The position numbers and the translations under genes were made by a program. Positions 1 to 12,669 of a stretch of 64,000 bases of DNA are shown here, one piece after another. Each line of letters opens with the position of its first letter. The stretch's first letter is position 1. Where the stretch lies: the NCBI RefSeq assembly GCF_048403405.1, contig NZ_CP183129.1, one strand, 5' to 3'. Origin of the DNA: Escherichia coli. GTDB taxonomy: Bacteria; Pseudomonadota; Gammaproteobacteria; Enterobacterales; Enterobacteriaceae. The notes under the pieces were generated by a model. It saw only the letters and a program-made list of their open reading frames with translations, was not told where the DNA came from and searched no databases.

Positions 1-620
1 CGAATCGGACCGGTTACATCGCGCATTAAGCGCCAGCCAAAAATAAGCGCAATACCGATACAAAACAGCATCATCACGCTGGAAATAAAGATCTCTTTAT
101 ATTGCTGCAAGCGAACCGATTTAAGATCCAGCTCCAGCGCAATATATCCCAGCATATTTTGACTATTTTTGGCATCGCTACTGGGCGATTCGTCGGGGGA
201 GTAACTCTCAGAAATAATCGGCGTGCGGAGGATCATAATATCGCCGTCACGAGTGACAGTGAGCTGGCGAGGAAACGGCACGTTGCTGCCGAGCTGCATT
301 GATGAAGGATCAAGATGAAAATTGGAGGTGACAAAGAGTCGGTTATTTTCATCATAAACCGAAATCGCGCGAACAATATCGGAATGGCGACGATGCAGTA
401 CGCTTATTAACTGACCGATAGATTCGCGATTTTGCAGGCTCATGCCATATTCAGTAGAAACTGCAAGCGGCTCAATAATGCTGGCTCCGGCATCTTCCAG
501 TTGACGCTGCAAGTCGTTATAGCGATGCACAACGAAAAAGATACTCAGCAATAAACCAATAAGGACGGTCGGTGCCAGGATCAGAATCATCATGCGTGCG
601 CGCAGGCTGTAGTTGGTCAT
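1..620 (-). CDS. barA: Sensor histidine kinase BarA, N-terminal part; gene continues beyond the window start
   Basis: Reverse-strand frame from ATG (complement at about 618-620) reads [38 protein letters not shown]... and stays open to position 1; absent from ORF track because truncated by the window edge. Confidence 0.85.
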
Positions 621-676
621 GGAGTTCCGTTATGGGACAATTAAGGTCACACTGTTAAATTGAGAAAGTCTCGCCA

Positions 677-1978
677 ATGGCGCAATTCTACTCTGCAAAA
701 CGACGCACGACGACGCGTCAGATCATAACTGTTTCAGTCAACGACCTCGACTCTTTTGGTCAGGGCGTGGCACGACATAACGGCAAAGCGTTATTTATTC
801 CTGGATTACTGCCACAGGAAAACGCGGAAGTTACTGTTACTGAAGATAAAAAACAGTACGCCCGCGCTAAAGTCGTGCGCCGGTTAAGCGATAGCCCGGA
901 ACGCGAAACGCCACGCTGCCCTCATTTTGGCGTATGCGGTGGCTGTCAGCAACAACACGCCAGCGTGGATTTACAGCAGCGAAGCAAAAGTGCGGCACTC
1001 GCCCGATTAATGAAACACGAAGTCTCTGAAGTGATCGCCGATGTTCCCTGGGGCTATCGCCGTCGCGCGCGTTTAAGTTTGAACTACTTACCGAAAACAC
1101 AGCAACTTCAGATGGGGTTTCGCAAAGCGGGCTCCAGTGACATTGTCGACGTTAAACAATGCCCCATTTTAGTGCCCCAACTTGAAGCATTGCTGCCCAA
1201 AGTCAGGGCATGCCTGGACAGCTTACAAGCTATGCGCCATCTTGGTCATGTTGAACTGGTACAGGCAACCAGCGGCACGCTGATGATTTTGCGCCATACC
1301 GCACCGCTAAGTTCGGCTGATCGCGAAAAACTGGAACGCTTTTCGCATTCTGAAGGCCTGGATCTGTATCTCGCCCCCGATAGTGAGATACTCGAAACCG
1401 TCGCTGGTGAGATGCCCTGGTATGACTCAAACAGGTTGCGCTTAACTTTTAGCCCGCGCGATTTTATTCAGGTCAATGCGGGTGTGAACCAAAAAATGGT
1501 AGCGCGTGCGTTGGAATGGCTGGATGTGCAACCTGAAGATCGCGTACTGGATTTGTTCTGCGGTATGGGCAACTTTACACTGCCATTAGCGACACAAGCT
1601 GCCAGTGTGGTGGGTGTAGAAGGTGTTCCGGCGCTGGTGGAAAAAGGCCAGCAGAATGCGCGTCTTAATGGCTTACACAATGTGACGTTTTATCACGAAA
1701 ATCTTGAAGAAGATGTCACAAAGCAGCCGTGGGCGAAAAACGGCTTCGATAAAGTGTTGCTGGACCCGGCGCGAGCAGGTGCCGCAGGTGTTATGCAGCA
1801 AATTATAAAACTGGAACCTATTCGTATAGTTTATGTATCCTGTAACCCTGCAACGCTGGCTCGGGATAGCGAAGCGTTATTAAAAGCAGGATATACCATT
1901 GCGCGACTGGCGATGCTGGATATGTTCCCACACACGGGACATCTGGAATCGATGGTACTTTTCTCGCGCGTTAAATAG
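677..1978 (+). CDS. rlmD: 23S rRNA m5U1939 methyltransferase RlmD (RumA)
   Basis: 433-aa ORF; Cys cluster [11 protein letters not shown] and SAM-methyltransferase core ([14 protein letters not shown]); divergent from barA. Confidence 0.93.
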   Translation: MAQFYSAKRRTTTRQIITVSVNDLDSFGQGVARHNGKALFIPGLLPQENAEVTVTEDKKQYARAKVVRRLSDSPERETPRCPHFGVCGGCQQQHASVDLQQRSKSAALARLMKHEVSEVIADVPWGYRRRARLSLNYLPKTQQLQMGFRKAGSSDIVDVKQCPILVPQLEALLPKVRACLDSLQAMRHLGHVELVQATSGTLMILRHTAPLSSADREKLERFSHSEGLDLYLAPDSEILETVAGEMPWYDSNRLRLTFSPRDFIQVNAGVNQKMVARALEWLDVQPEDRVLDLFCGMGNFTLPLATQAASVVGVEGVPALVEKGQQNARLNGLHNVTFYHENLEEDVTKQPWAKNGFDKVLLDPARAGAAGVMQQIIKLEPIRIVYVSCNPATLARDSEALLKAGYTIARLAMLDMFPHTGHLESMVLFSRVK

Positions 1979-2025
1979 TTGCGATTTGCCGATTTCGGCA
2001 GGTCTGGTCCCTAAAGGAGAGGACG

Positions 2026-4260
2026 ATGGTTGCGGTAAGAAGTGCACATATCAATAAGGCTGGTGAATTTGATCCGGAAAAATGGATCGCAAGTCTGGGT
2101 ATTACCAGCCAGAAGTCGTGTGAGTGCTTAGCCGAAACCTGGGCGTATTGTCTGCAACAGACGCAGGGGCATCCGGATGCCAGTCTGTTATTGTGGCGTG
2201 GTGTTGAGATGGTGGAGATCCTCTCGACATTAAGTATGGACATTGACACGCTGCGGGCGGCGCTGCTGTTCCCTCTGGCGGATGCCAACGTAGTCAGCGA
2301 AGATGTGCTGCGTGAGTGCGTCGGTAAGTCGGTCGTTAACCTTATTCACGGCGTGCGTGATATGGCGGCGATCCGCCAGCTGAAAGCGACGCATACCGAT
2401 TCTGTTTCCTCCGAACAGGTCGATAACGTTCGCCGGATGTTATTGGCGATGGTCGATGATTTTCGCTGCGTGGTCATCAAACTGGCAGAGCGTATTGCTC
2501 ATCTGCGCGAAGTAAAAGACGCGCCGGAAGATGAACGCGTACTGGCGGCAAAAGAGTGCACCAATATCTACGCGCCGTTGGCGAACCGTCTTGGGATTGG
2601 ACAACTGAAATGGGAGCTGGAAGATTACTGCTTCCGTTATCTCCACCCGACCGAATACAAACGCATCGCAAAACTGCTGCATGAACGCCGTCTCGACCGC
2701 GAACACTATATCGAAGAGTTTGTCGGCCATCTGCGCGCTGAGATGAAAGCTGAAGGCGTTAAAGCTGAAGTGTATGGTCGACCGAAACACATCTACAGCA
2801 TCTGGCGCAAAATGCAGAAAAAGAACCTCGCCTTCGATGAGCTGTTTGATGTGCGTGCGGTACGTATTGTCGCCGAGCGTTTACAGGATTGCTATGCCGC
2901 ACTGGGGATAGTGCACACTCACTATCGCCACCTGCCGGATGAGTTTGACGATTACGTCGCTAACCCGAAACCAAACGGTTATCAGTCTATTCATACCGTG
3001 GTTCTGGGGCCGGGTGGCAAAACCGTTGAGATCCAAATCCGCACTAAACAGATGCATGAAGATGCAGAGTTGGGTGTTGCTGCGCACTGGAAATATAAAG
3101 AGGGCGCGGCAGCTGGCGGCGCACGTTCGGGACATGAAGACCGGATTGCCTGGCTGCGTAAACTGATTGCGTGGCAGGAAGAGATGGCTGATTCCGGCGA
3201 AATGCTCGACGAAGTACGTAGCCAGGTCTTTGACGACCGGGTGTACGTCTTTACGCCGAAAGGTGATGTCGTTGATTTGCCTGCGGGATCAACACCGCTG
3301 GACTTCGCTTACCACATCCACAGTGATGTCGGACACCGCTGCATCGGGGCAAAAATTGGCGGGCGCATTGTGCCGTTCACCTACCAGCTGCAGATGGGCG
3401 ACCAGATTGAAATTATCACCCAGAAACAGCCGAACCCCAGCCGTGACTGGTTAAACCCAAACCTCGGTTACGTCACAACCAGCCGTGGGCGTTCGAAAAT
3501 TCACGCCTGGTTCCGTAAACAGGACCGTGACAAAAACATTCTGGCTGGGCGGCAAATCCTTGACGACGAGCTGGAACATCTGGGGATCAGCCTGAAAGAA
3601 GCAGAAAAACATCTGCTGCCGCGTTACAACTTCAATGATGTCGACGAGTTGCTGGCGGCAATTGGTGGCGGGGATATCCGTCTCAATCAGATGGTGAACT
3701 TCCTGCAATCGCAATTTAATAAGCCGAGTGCCGAAGAGCAGGATGCCGCCGCGCTGAAGCAACTTCAGCAAAAAAGCTATACGCCGCAAAACCGCAGTAA
3801 AGATAACGGTCGTGTGGTGGTAGAAGGTGTCGGTAACCTGATGCACCACATCGCGCGCTGCTGCCAGCCGATTCCTGGAGATGAGATTGTCGGCTTCATT
3901 ACCCAGGGGCGCGGTATTTCAGTGCATCGTGCAGACTGTGAGCAACTGGCGGAACTGCGCTCCCATGCGCCAGAACGCATTGTTGACGCGGTATGGGGCG
4001 AGAGCTACTCCGCCGGATATTCGCTGGTGGTCCGGGTGATGGCCAATGATCGCAGTGGATTATTGCGTGATATCACGACCATTCTTGCCAACGAGAAGGT
4101 GAACGTGCTTGGCGTTGCCAGCCGTAGCGACACTAAACAGCAACTGGCGACTATCGACATGACCATTGAGATTTACAATCTGCAAGTGCTGGGCCGCGTG
4201 CTGGGTAAACTCAATCAGGTGCCGGATGTTATCGACGCGCGTCGGTTGCACGGGAGTTAG
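2026..4260 (+). CDS. relA: GTP pyrophosphokinase / (p)ppGpp synthetase I RelA
   Basis: 744-aa ORF with RelA/SpoT-type synthetase region and C-terminal regulatory domains; sits between rlmD and mazE. Confidence 0.96.
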   Translation: MVAVRSAHINKAGEFDPEKWIASLGITSQKSCECLAETWAYCLQQTQGHPDASLLLWRGVEMVEILSTLSMDIDTLRAALLFPLADANVVSEDVLRECVGKSVVNLIHGVRDMAAIRQLKATHTDSVSSEQVDNVRRMLLAMVDDFRCVVIKLAERIAHLREVKDAPEDERVLAAKECTNIYAPLANRLGIGQLKWELEDYCFRYLHPTEYKRIAKLLHERRLDREHYIEEFVGHLRAEMKAEGVKAEVYGRPKHIYSIWRKMQKKNLAFDELFDVRAVRIVAERLQDCYAALGIVHTHYRHLPDEFDDYVANPKPNGYQSIHTVVLGPGGKTVEIQIRTKQMHEDAELGVAAHWKYKEGAAAGGARSGHEDRIAWLRKLIAWQEEMADSGEMLDEVRSQVFDDRVYVFTPKGDVVDLPAGSTPLDFAYHIHSDVGHRCIGAKIGGRIVPFTYQLQMGDQIEIITQKQPNPSRDWLNPNLGYVTTSRGRSKIHAWFRKQDRDKNILAGRQILDDELEHLGISLKEAEKHLLPRYNFNDVDELLAAIGGGDIRLNQMVNFLQSQFNKPSAEEQDAAALKQLQQKSYTPQNRSKDNGRVVVEGVGNLMHHIARCCQPIPGDEIVGFITQGRGISVHRADCEQLAELRSHAPERIVDAVWGESYSAGYSLVVRVMANDRSGLLRDITTILANEKVNVLGVASRSDTKQQLATIDMTIEIYNLQVLGRVLGKLNQVPDVIDARRLHGS

Positions 4261-4276
4261 GCCGAAATTAGCTCGT

Positions 4277-4320
4277 ATCTACAATGTAGATTGATATATA
4301 CTGTATCTACATATGATAGC
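4277..4320. promoter_or_regulatory. mazEF promoter/operator region with palindromes
   Basis: Inverted repeat ATCTACA-A-TGTAGAT (about 4277-4291) followed by a related TACTGTATCTACATAT element, 20-60 nt upstream of the mazE ATG at 4338. Confidence 0.5.
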
Positions 4321-4337
4321 GGTTTGAGGAAAGGGTT

Positions 4338-4586
4338 ATGATCCACAGTAGCGTAAAGCGTTGGGGAAATTCACCGGCGGTGCGGATCCCGGCTACGTTA
4401 ATGCAGGCGCTCAATCTGAATATTGATGATGAAGTGAAGATTGACCTGGTGGATGGCAAATTAATTATTGAGCCAGTGCGTAAAGAGCCCGTATTTACGC
4501 TTGCTGAACTGGTCAACGACATCACGCCGGAAAACCTCCACGAGAATATCGACTGGGGAGAGCCGAAAGATAAGGAAGTCTGGTAA
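4338..4586 (+). CDS. mazE: Antitoxin MazE (type II TA)
   Basis: 82-aa [21 protein letters not shown]...; stop overlaps the mazF start. Confidence 0.95.
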
Positions 4587-4921
4587 TGGTAAGCCGATAC
4601 GTACCCGATATGGGCGATCTGATTTGGGTTGATTTTGACCCGACAAAAGGTAGCGAGCAAGCTGGACATCGTCCGGCTGTTGTCCTGAGTCCGTTCATGT
4701 ACAACAACAAAACAGGTATGTGTCTGTGTGTTCCTTGTACAACGCAATCAAAAGGATATCCGTTCGAAGTTGTTTTATCCGGTCAGGAACGTGATGGCGT
4801 AGCGTTAGCTGATCAGGTAAAAAGTATCGCCTGGCGGGCAAGAGGAGCAACGAAGAAAGGAACAGTTGCCCCAGAGGAATTACAACTCATTAAAGCCAAA
4901 ATTAACGTACTGATTGGGTAG
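4586..4921 (+). CDS. mazF: Endoribonuclease toxin MazF (PemK/MazF family)
   Basis: 111-aa ORF immediately following and overlapping mazE. Confidence 0.95.
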   Translation: MVSRYVPDMGDLIWVDFDPTKGSEQAGHRPAVVLSPFMYNNKTGMCLCVPCTTQSKGYPFEVVLSGQERDGVALADQVKSIAWRARGATKKGTVAPEELQLIKAKINVLIG

Positions 4922-4992
4922 GTGTTACTAACTCACTTCTATTCTGGTCACAGGTTTCCACCTGACAGACCCGCAATTTTCAGGACATTCTA

Positions 4993-5784
4993 ATGAATCA
5001 AATCGACCGTTTGCTCACTATTATGCAGCGCCTGCGCGATCCGGAAAACGGCTGCCCGTGGGATAAAGAGCAGACATTTGCCACCATTGCGCCTTACACC
5101 CTTGAAGAAACCTACGAGGTGCTGGACGCCATCGCCCGTGAAGATTTTGACGATCTTCGCGGTGAACTGGGCGATCTGCTATTCCAGGTGGTGTTTTACG
5201 CGCAAATGGCTCAGGAAGAAGGGCGCTTTGACTTTAATGATATTTGCGCTGCTATTAGCGATAAATTAGAACGTCGCCATCCGCATGTTTTTGCTGACAG
5301 TTCTGCCGAAAACAGTAGTGAAGTGCTTGCCCGTTGGGAGCAAATTAAAACCGAAGAGCGCGCGCAGAAAGCGCAGCATTCGGCGCTGGACGATATTCCT
5401 CGTAGTTTACCGGCTTTAATGCGTGCGCAAAAAATCCAGAAACGTTGCGCCAACGTTGGCTTCGACTGGACGACGCTTGGTCCGGTAGTCGATAAAGTCT
5501 ACGAAGAGATCGACGAGGTGATGTACGAGGCGCGGCAGGCTGTTGTCGACCAGGCTAAACTGGAGGAGGAAATGGGTGACCTGCTGTTTGCCACGGTCAA
5601 TCTGGCTCGTCATTTAGGGACAAAAGCGGAAATCGCATTGCAAAAAGCGAACGAAAAATTCGAGCGTCGTTTTCGCGAAGTGGAGCGTATTGTTGCCGCG
5701 CGTGGACTGGAAATGACAGGTGTTGACCTCGAAACAATGGAAGAAGTCTGGCAACAGGTAAAACGGCAGGAAATTGATCTCTAA
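4993..5784 (+). CDS. mazG: Nucleoside triphosphate pyrophosphohydrolase MazG
   Basis: 263-aa ORF with duplicated MazG-like halves; third gene of the mazEFG operon. Confidence 0.93.
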   Translation: MNQIDRLLTIMQRLRDPENGCPWDKEQTFATIAPYTLEETYEVLDAIAREDFDDLRGELGDLLFQVVFYAQMAQEEGRFDFNDICAAISDKLERRHPHVFADSSAENSSEVLARWEQIKTEERAQKAQHSALDDIPRSLPALMRAQKIQKRCANVGFDWTTLGPVVDKVYEEIDEVMYEARQAVVDQAKLEEEMGDLLFATVNLARHLGTKAEIALQKANEKFERRFREVERIVAARGLEMTGVDLETMEEVWQQVKRQEIDL

Positions 5785-5996
5785 GGGAATTACGTGGTCA
5801 AGCGCGATTTGTGTCATTTTTTAAATGACAAGCGCTTGATTTGCGTCAAAAACATTTACCCCAAAGGGGCTATTTTCTCACTCCTGATTTCAATAGTGCG
5901 CTGGCGAAGAGGAGGGATAATGAAAGTTTGTGGCACAGGTCATGTTCGGGTATACTGCTTTCCCGTCCTGGTTATTCCATCGTCTTTTCAACCTAA

Positions 5997-7649
<1,653 letters not shown>

Positions 7650-7668
7650 GTAAAAAAGTTAGAACGGC

Positions 7669-7700
7669 AACGCGTACCCTGGGTACGCGTTGTTTGTCTG
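7669..7700 (+). terminator. Hairpin downstream of pyrG (probable partial terminator before eno)
   Basis: Palindrome AACGCGTACCC-T-GGGTACGCGTT at about 7669-7691 followed by GTTTGTCT; 20 nt after the pyrG stop. Confidence 0.5.
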
Positions 7701-7721
7701 GAGTTTCAGTTTAACTAGTGA

Positions 7722-9035
<1,314 letters not shown>

Positions 9036-9054
9036 GTCTGACTTTATCTGATTT

Positions 9055-9086
9055 AAAAATGCCAGCCTTCGGGCTGGCATTTTTTA
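9055..9086. terminator. Bidirectional rho-independent terminator between convergent eno and ygcG
   Basis: AAAAATGCCAGCC-TTCG-GGCTGGCATTTTTT: 9-bp GC-rich stem flanked by an A-run and a T-run. Confidence 0.8.
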
Positions 9087-9094
9087 TGGTTGAG

Positions 9095-9967
9095 TTACCA
9101 GCGACCGGACGCGCCGCCACCGCCAGAAGAACCGCCCCCGCCGCTAAATCCGCCGCCACTTGAGCCGCCACCGGAACCGCTGTTGTCTGAATGATAACTT
9201 CTACCAGATGCTTTTTTCTGAAGTACACATAAACAGGTAAAGACCATAATGGTGGTGAAAGTAAAAAAGAAGAAAAATACAGCAATGGAAAAAGTTTTAT
9301 CGGAGAACAGGAATAAATCTAAAAGATAGATTGCTGAAATACAGACACTGCTTTTACATGCGCGACAAAAATTACTGCCTTGATGAAAAAACCAGAAAGG
9401 GAAGAACATCACTGCAAATACCCAAAAAATAGCAAAGTAGTAATGATCGCTGGAAGACGCTGATTCACTTTCTGAAGGATTAGCCGAATATTGGTGTTGT
9501 GAAGTGAGTTGGTTATTCAAAGCGATTATAGCTAACTCTAATCCCTTAGCTAATTTTTGTTGTTTAAATGCGGGTATCATGTTGCTACGGATGATATCTC
9601 CAGCCAGAGCATCGGTTACCTTTTCTTCCAGCCCATAACCTACCTGGATGCGGACAGTACGATCCGACCAGGCAACAATGATCAGTATCCCATCATTGCG
9701 TTTGGCATCTCCTAAACGCCAATTGTTAAAAACCCTTGTAGCATATTGTTCAATTGTCTCGTCTTTGGTTGTGGGAATAATTAATACAGCAATTTGTACT
9801 TGGGTATTATTGAAAATAGATTCTAACTTCCGCGTCAGTTCTTTCTTTTCTTGTGAGTTTAAGCTACTCGTAAGATCCGTAACTTGTTGCTGTAATTGTG
9901 GGACAATAGTTGGTTGGGCTGCAACAAAGGAACACACGAATGTGAATATTAGTATGAAATAGCGCAT
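9095..9967 (-). CDS. ygcG: TPM-domain membrane protein YgcG with Gly/Ser-rich C-terminal tail
   Basis: Signal-like N-terminus [18 protein letters not shown], hydrophobic segment and GGGSSGGG tail; internal Met chosen as start (ORF track gives 9095..10012). Confidence 0.8.
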   Translation of the reverse strand: MRYFILIFTFVCSFVAAQPTIVPQLQQQVTDLTSSLNSQEKKELTRKLESIFNNTQVQIAVLIIPTTKDETIEQYATRVFNNWRLGDAKRNDGILIIVAWSDRTVRIQVGYGLEEKVTDALAGDIIRSNMIPAFKQQKLAKGLELAIIALNNQLTSQHQYSANPSESESASSSDHYYFAIFWVFAVMFFPFWFFHQGSNFCRACKSSVCISAIYLLDLFLFSDKTFSIAVFFFFFTFTTIMVFTCLCVLQKKASGRSYHSDNSGSGGGSSGGGFSGGGGSSGGGGASGRW

Positions 9968-10260
9968 TATAAATGTCCCATTAAAGCTGGATAAATAAAT
10001 TGACGGCGACATCGGTAATTTGAGATTCGTTATAATTAAAAACGAACACAGAAAAAATAAGTATAATTTTGGTGAATGTTTTTGACATGATTAAATCCAT
10101 TTGCTTTATTTATTTCTGACATAATACGTTACTCCCTTTTATTATTAACGATCTGTTTCTCATTTTTCTTTAAACCTGCCTGTAACAGAATGTTAATAAG
10201 ACATGATTGTTGCGGCAGGATCTGCAATAATTAACAATTATCCACTTCACAGAGAATGCT

Positions 10261-10932
10261 ATGCAGTACCCGATTAACGAGATGTTCCAGACCCTGCAAG
10301 GTGAGGGTTACTTTACCGGCGTCCCCGCCATTTTTATTCGTTTACAGGGATGCCCGGTTGGCTGTGCCTGGTGCGACACCAAACACACCTGGGAAAAGCT
10401 TGAGGATCGGGAAGTCTCCCTTTTCAGCATTCTGGCGAAGACCAAAGAGAGTGATAAGTGGGGGGCGGCGAGCAGTGAAGACTTGCTGGCTGTCATTGGT
10501 CGCCAGGGATACACCGCGCGGCATGTGGTGATTACGGGTGGTGAGCCTTGCATTCATGATTTGCTGCCACTGACTGACCTGCTCGAAAAGAACGGTTTTA
10601 GCTGCCAGATCGAAACCAGTGGTACTCATGAAGTACGCTGCACACCGAATACCTGGGTTACCGTATCGCCAAAGCTGAACATGCGCGGCGGCTATGAAGT
10701 GTTGTCACAGGCACTGGAGCGAGCCAACGAAATCAAGCATCCAGTGGGACGCGTGCGTGATATTGAAGCACTGGATGAACTACTGGCAACACTGACCGAT
10801 GATAAACCGCGAGTCATTGCGCTGCAGCCGATTAGCCAAAAGGAAGATGCTACTCGTTTATGTATCGATACGTGCATTGCGCGCAACTGGCGTTTGTCGA
10901 TGCAAACACATAAATATTTAAATATTGCCTGA
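10261..10932 (+). CDS. queE: 7-carboxy-7-deazaguanine synthase QueE (radical SAM)
   Basis: 223-aa ORF MQYPINEMFQTLQGEGYFTGVPAIFIRLQGCPVGCAWCDTKH with radical-SAM Cys motif. Confidence 0.92.
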   Translation: MQYPINEMFQTLQGEGYFTGVPAIFIRLQGCPVGCAWCDTKHTWEKLEDREVSLFSILAKTKESDKWGAASSEDLLAVIGRQGYTARHVVITGGEPCIHDLLPLTDLLEKNGFSCQIETSGTHEVRCTPNTWVTVSPKLNMRGGYEVLSQALERANEIKHPVGRVRDIEALDELLATLTDDKPRVIALQPISQKEDATRLCIDTCIARNWRLSMQTHKYLNIA

Positions 10933-11169
10933 TTAAACATTTATAAGCGTTATAAATGGGTGGAACCTGTAAAGACTTCTACTCATTTATATTCTTTGTC
11001 GCCTCTAAAAAACCTCCATTTTGCCCATCCTGGACTAATCATTATCATTTTCTACAAATTCTGTGGTGTTAATTTTTCGTTGGAGTGAAAATTATTGCGG
11101 TGAAATTTGGTAGATTTTAGTTTGAATAGAGTTATTTTAAATATTTATCTTTTTAATCAATGGATTAAA

Positions 11170-11270
11170 TGCTCTTTAACATAATGGATGTGTTGTTTGT
11201 GTGATCCTGTAAAGTTGGTAGATTGTGACTGGCTTAAAAAATCATTAATTAATAATAGGTTATGTTTAGA
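11170..11270 (+). promoter_or_regulatory. CRISPR leader (AT-rich) of the queE-proximal array
   Basis: AT-rich sequence directly upstream of repeat 1; contains GTTGGTAGATTGT (about 11214-11226) 57 nt before the first repeat, the same motif and spacing as upstream of the cas2-proximal array. Confidence 0.7.
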
Positions 11271-12031
11271 GTGTTCCCCGCGCCAGCGGGGATAAACCGC
11301 GTTCAGCGTTGCTGGGCTGCGCAATGGACTGGTGTTCCCCGCGCCAGCGGGGATAAACCGCGGAGTTTTCACGGAACGCACAGCGAATTATGGTGTTCCC
11401 CGCGCCAGCGGGGATAAACCGCCGATAAATTTTCGCCCCGTTTCCAGCGCCGCGTGTTCCCCGCGCCAGCGGGGATAAACCGTTCAAACTGTAGGGATCG
11501 GCAATGGTGCCGAAGTGTTCCCCGCGCCAGCGGGGATAAACCGGGGCATTAGAATAACTTAAATGGAAAAAGAAAGTGTTCCCCGCGCCAGCGGGGATAA
11601 ACCGTCAGCCAGCACATAATTTTTATAGTCAGTATTGTGTTCCCCGCGCCAGCGGGGATAAACCGAAAGAGGTTATCGAGCGATATAACGCGTCCATGTG
11701 TTCCCCGCGCCAGCGGGGATAAACCGGTGCCTGGCGTCCATCTATTCACATGCCGCGCGTGTTCCCCGCGCCAGCGGGGATAAACCGTATTGGCGACGAT
11801 GGCATACCAGGACTACTCCGTGTTCCCCGCGCCAGCGGGGATAAACCGGCTCAGCGTCTGCTCTGGTGCCTCGCCCGTGAGTGTTCCCCGCGCCAGCGGG
11901 GATAAACCGGACCGTTACGGGCGCGTTCTTGGACTTGTTGAGTGTTCCCCACATCAGCGGGGATAAACCGGACACAGAGCGCCGCTATAGCGCCTATGCC
12001 AAGAGTTTCCCGCACCAGCGGGAATAAACCA
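11271..12031 (+). CRISPR. CRISPR array (CRISPR2.1-like): 13 repeats, 12 spacers of 32 nt
   Basis: 29-nt repeat GTGTTCCCCGCGCCAGCGGGGATAAACCG at 61-nt period starting 11271, 11332, 11393 ... 12003; repeat 12 degenerate (CCCCACATCAGCGGGG), terminal repeat 13 degenerate (GAGTTTCCCGCACCAGCGGGAATAAACCA). Frame anchored on ORF-track entries that translate repeats as RFIPAGAGNT/GLSPLARGT. Confidence 0.97.
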
Positions 12032-12485
12032 CCATATAACCCGTTATCTCTTTCTCAAGTTTTTATATTAGCTGTACTTGTAATAAGCAACATATCCACG
12101 TAACACCTCATGTTCAAAATAGTTCTCCATGTCAGAGAAGTTCACAATTATCGATACAAAAAATTAAATTTAATCAAAGTGTTATTTGTATGATTCTTAA
12201 ATCGTTAAGAAATTTTAATCTATTATTTTTTTAATATTGAATTAATGCCTGTTAATTTTTTCTTTAGAATAACAGTGTGTTTTTTAAGCTTGTTATTCAT
12301 TGATTAAGTAATAAATCTGGAAGTTTGTCTTTGTTTTGAGGCTAATGAGTGGTTTTACATAACCGTCTCTATAGGCTGTTGATGAATAGTTCTTATGAAT
12401 AAAGATATCCAGTTCATACTTTAAATGAAAATTGATAAAGTACGGTTTGCGTTGTCTTTTATTCTAAAGACATCGAGTGTAGTTA

Positions 12486-12624
12486 ATATTCCTTGTAAAA
12501 ACAGGGATAAACCGAACTAGTTAAAGTTTTTATTATGTTCCCTGCATCAGCGGGGATAAACCGGACTTGTTATCATTTTTTAAGTTGTCGAACTTATGTT
12601 CCCCACGTCAGCGGGGATAACCAT
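12486..12624 (+). CRISPR. Degenerate CRISPR remnant (CRISPR2.2-3-like), about 3 decayed repeat units
   Basis: Repeat-like units ending ACAGGGATAAACCG (12501-12514), ATGTTCCCTGCATCAGCGGGGATAAACCG (12535-12563) and ATGTTCCCCACGTCAGCGGGGATAACCA (12596-12623), separated from the main array by about 450 bp of AT-rich DNA. Confidence 0.7.
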
Positions 12625-12669
12625 TCAGGTATGTTCAGGCCGGGCAGTTTCCCGCCCGGTCTTCCTCAC

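Noticed and set aside
10013-10260. Possible riboswitch or regulatory RNA upstream of queE
   Set aside because: AT-rich region with only a weak imperfect inverted repeat; no recognisable preQ1-type or other riboswitch architecture.
11157-11975. Several 60-80-aa ORFs on the minus strand across the first CRISPR array
   Set aside because: They are translations of the repeats themselves (recurring RFIPAGAGNT / GLSPLARGT peptides), use TTG/GTG starts and are artefacts of the array periodicity.
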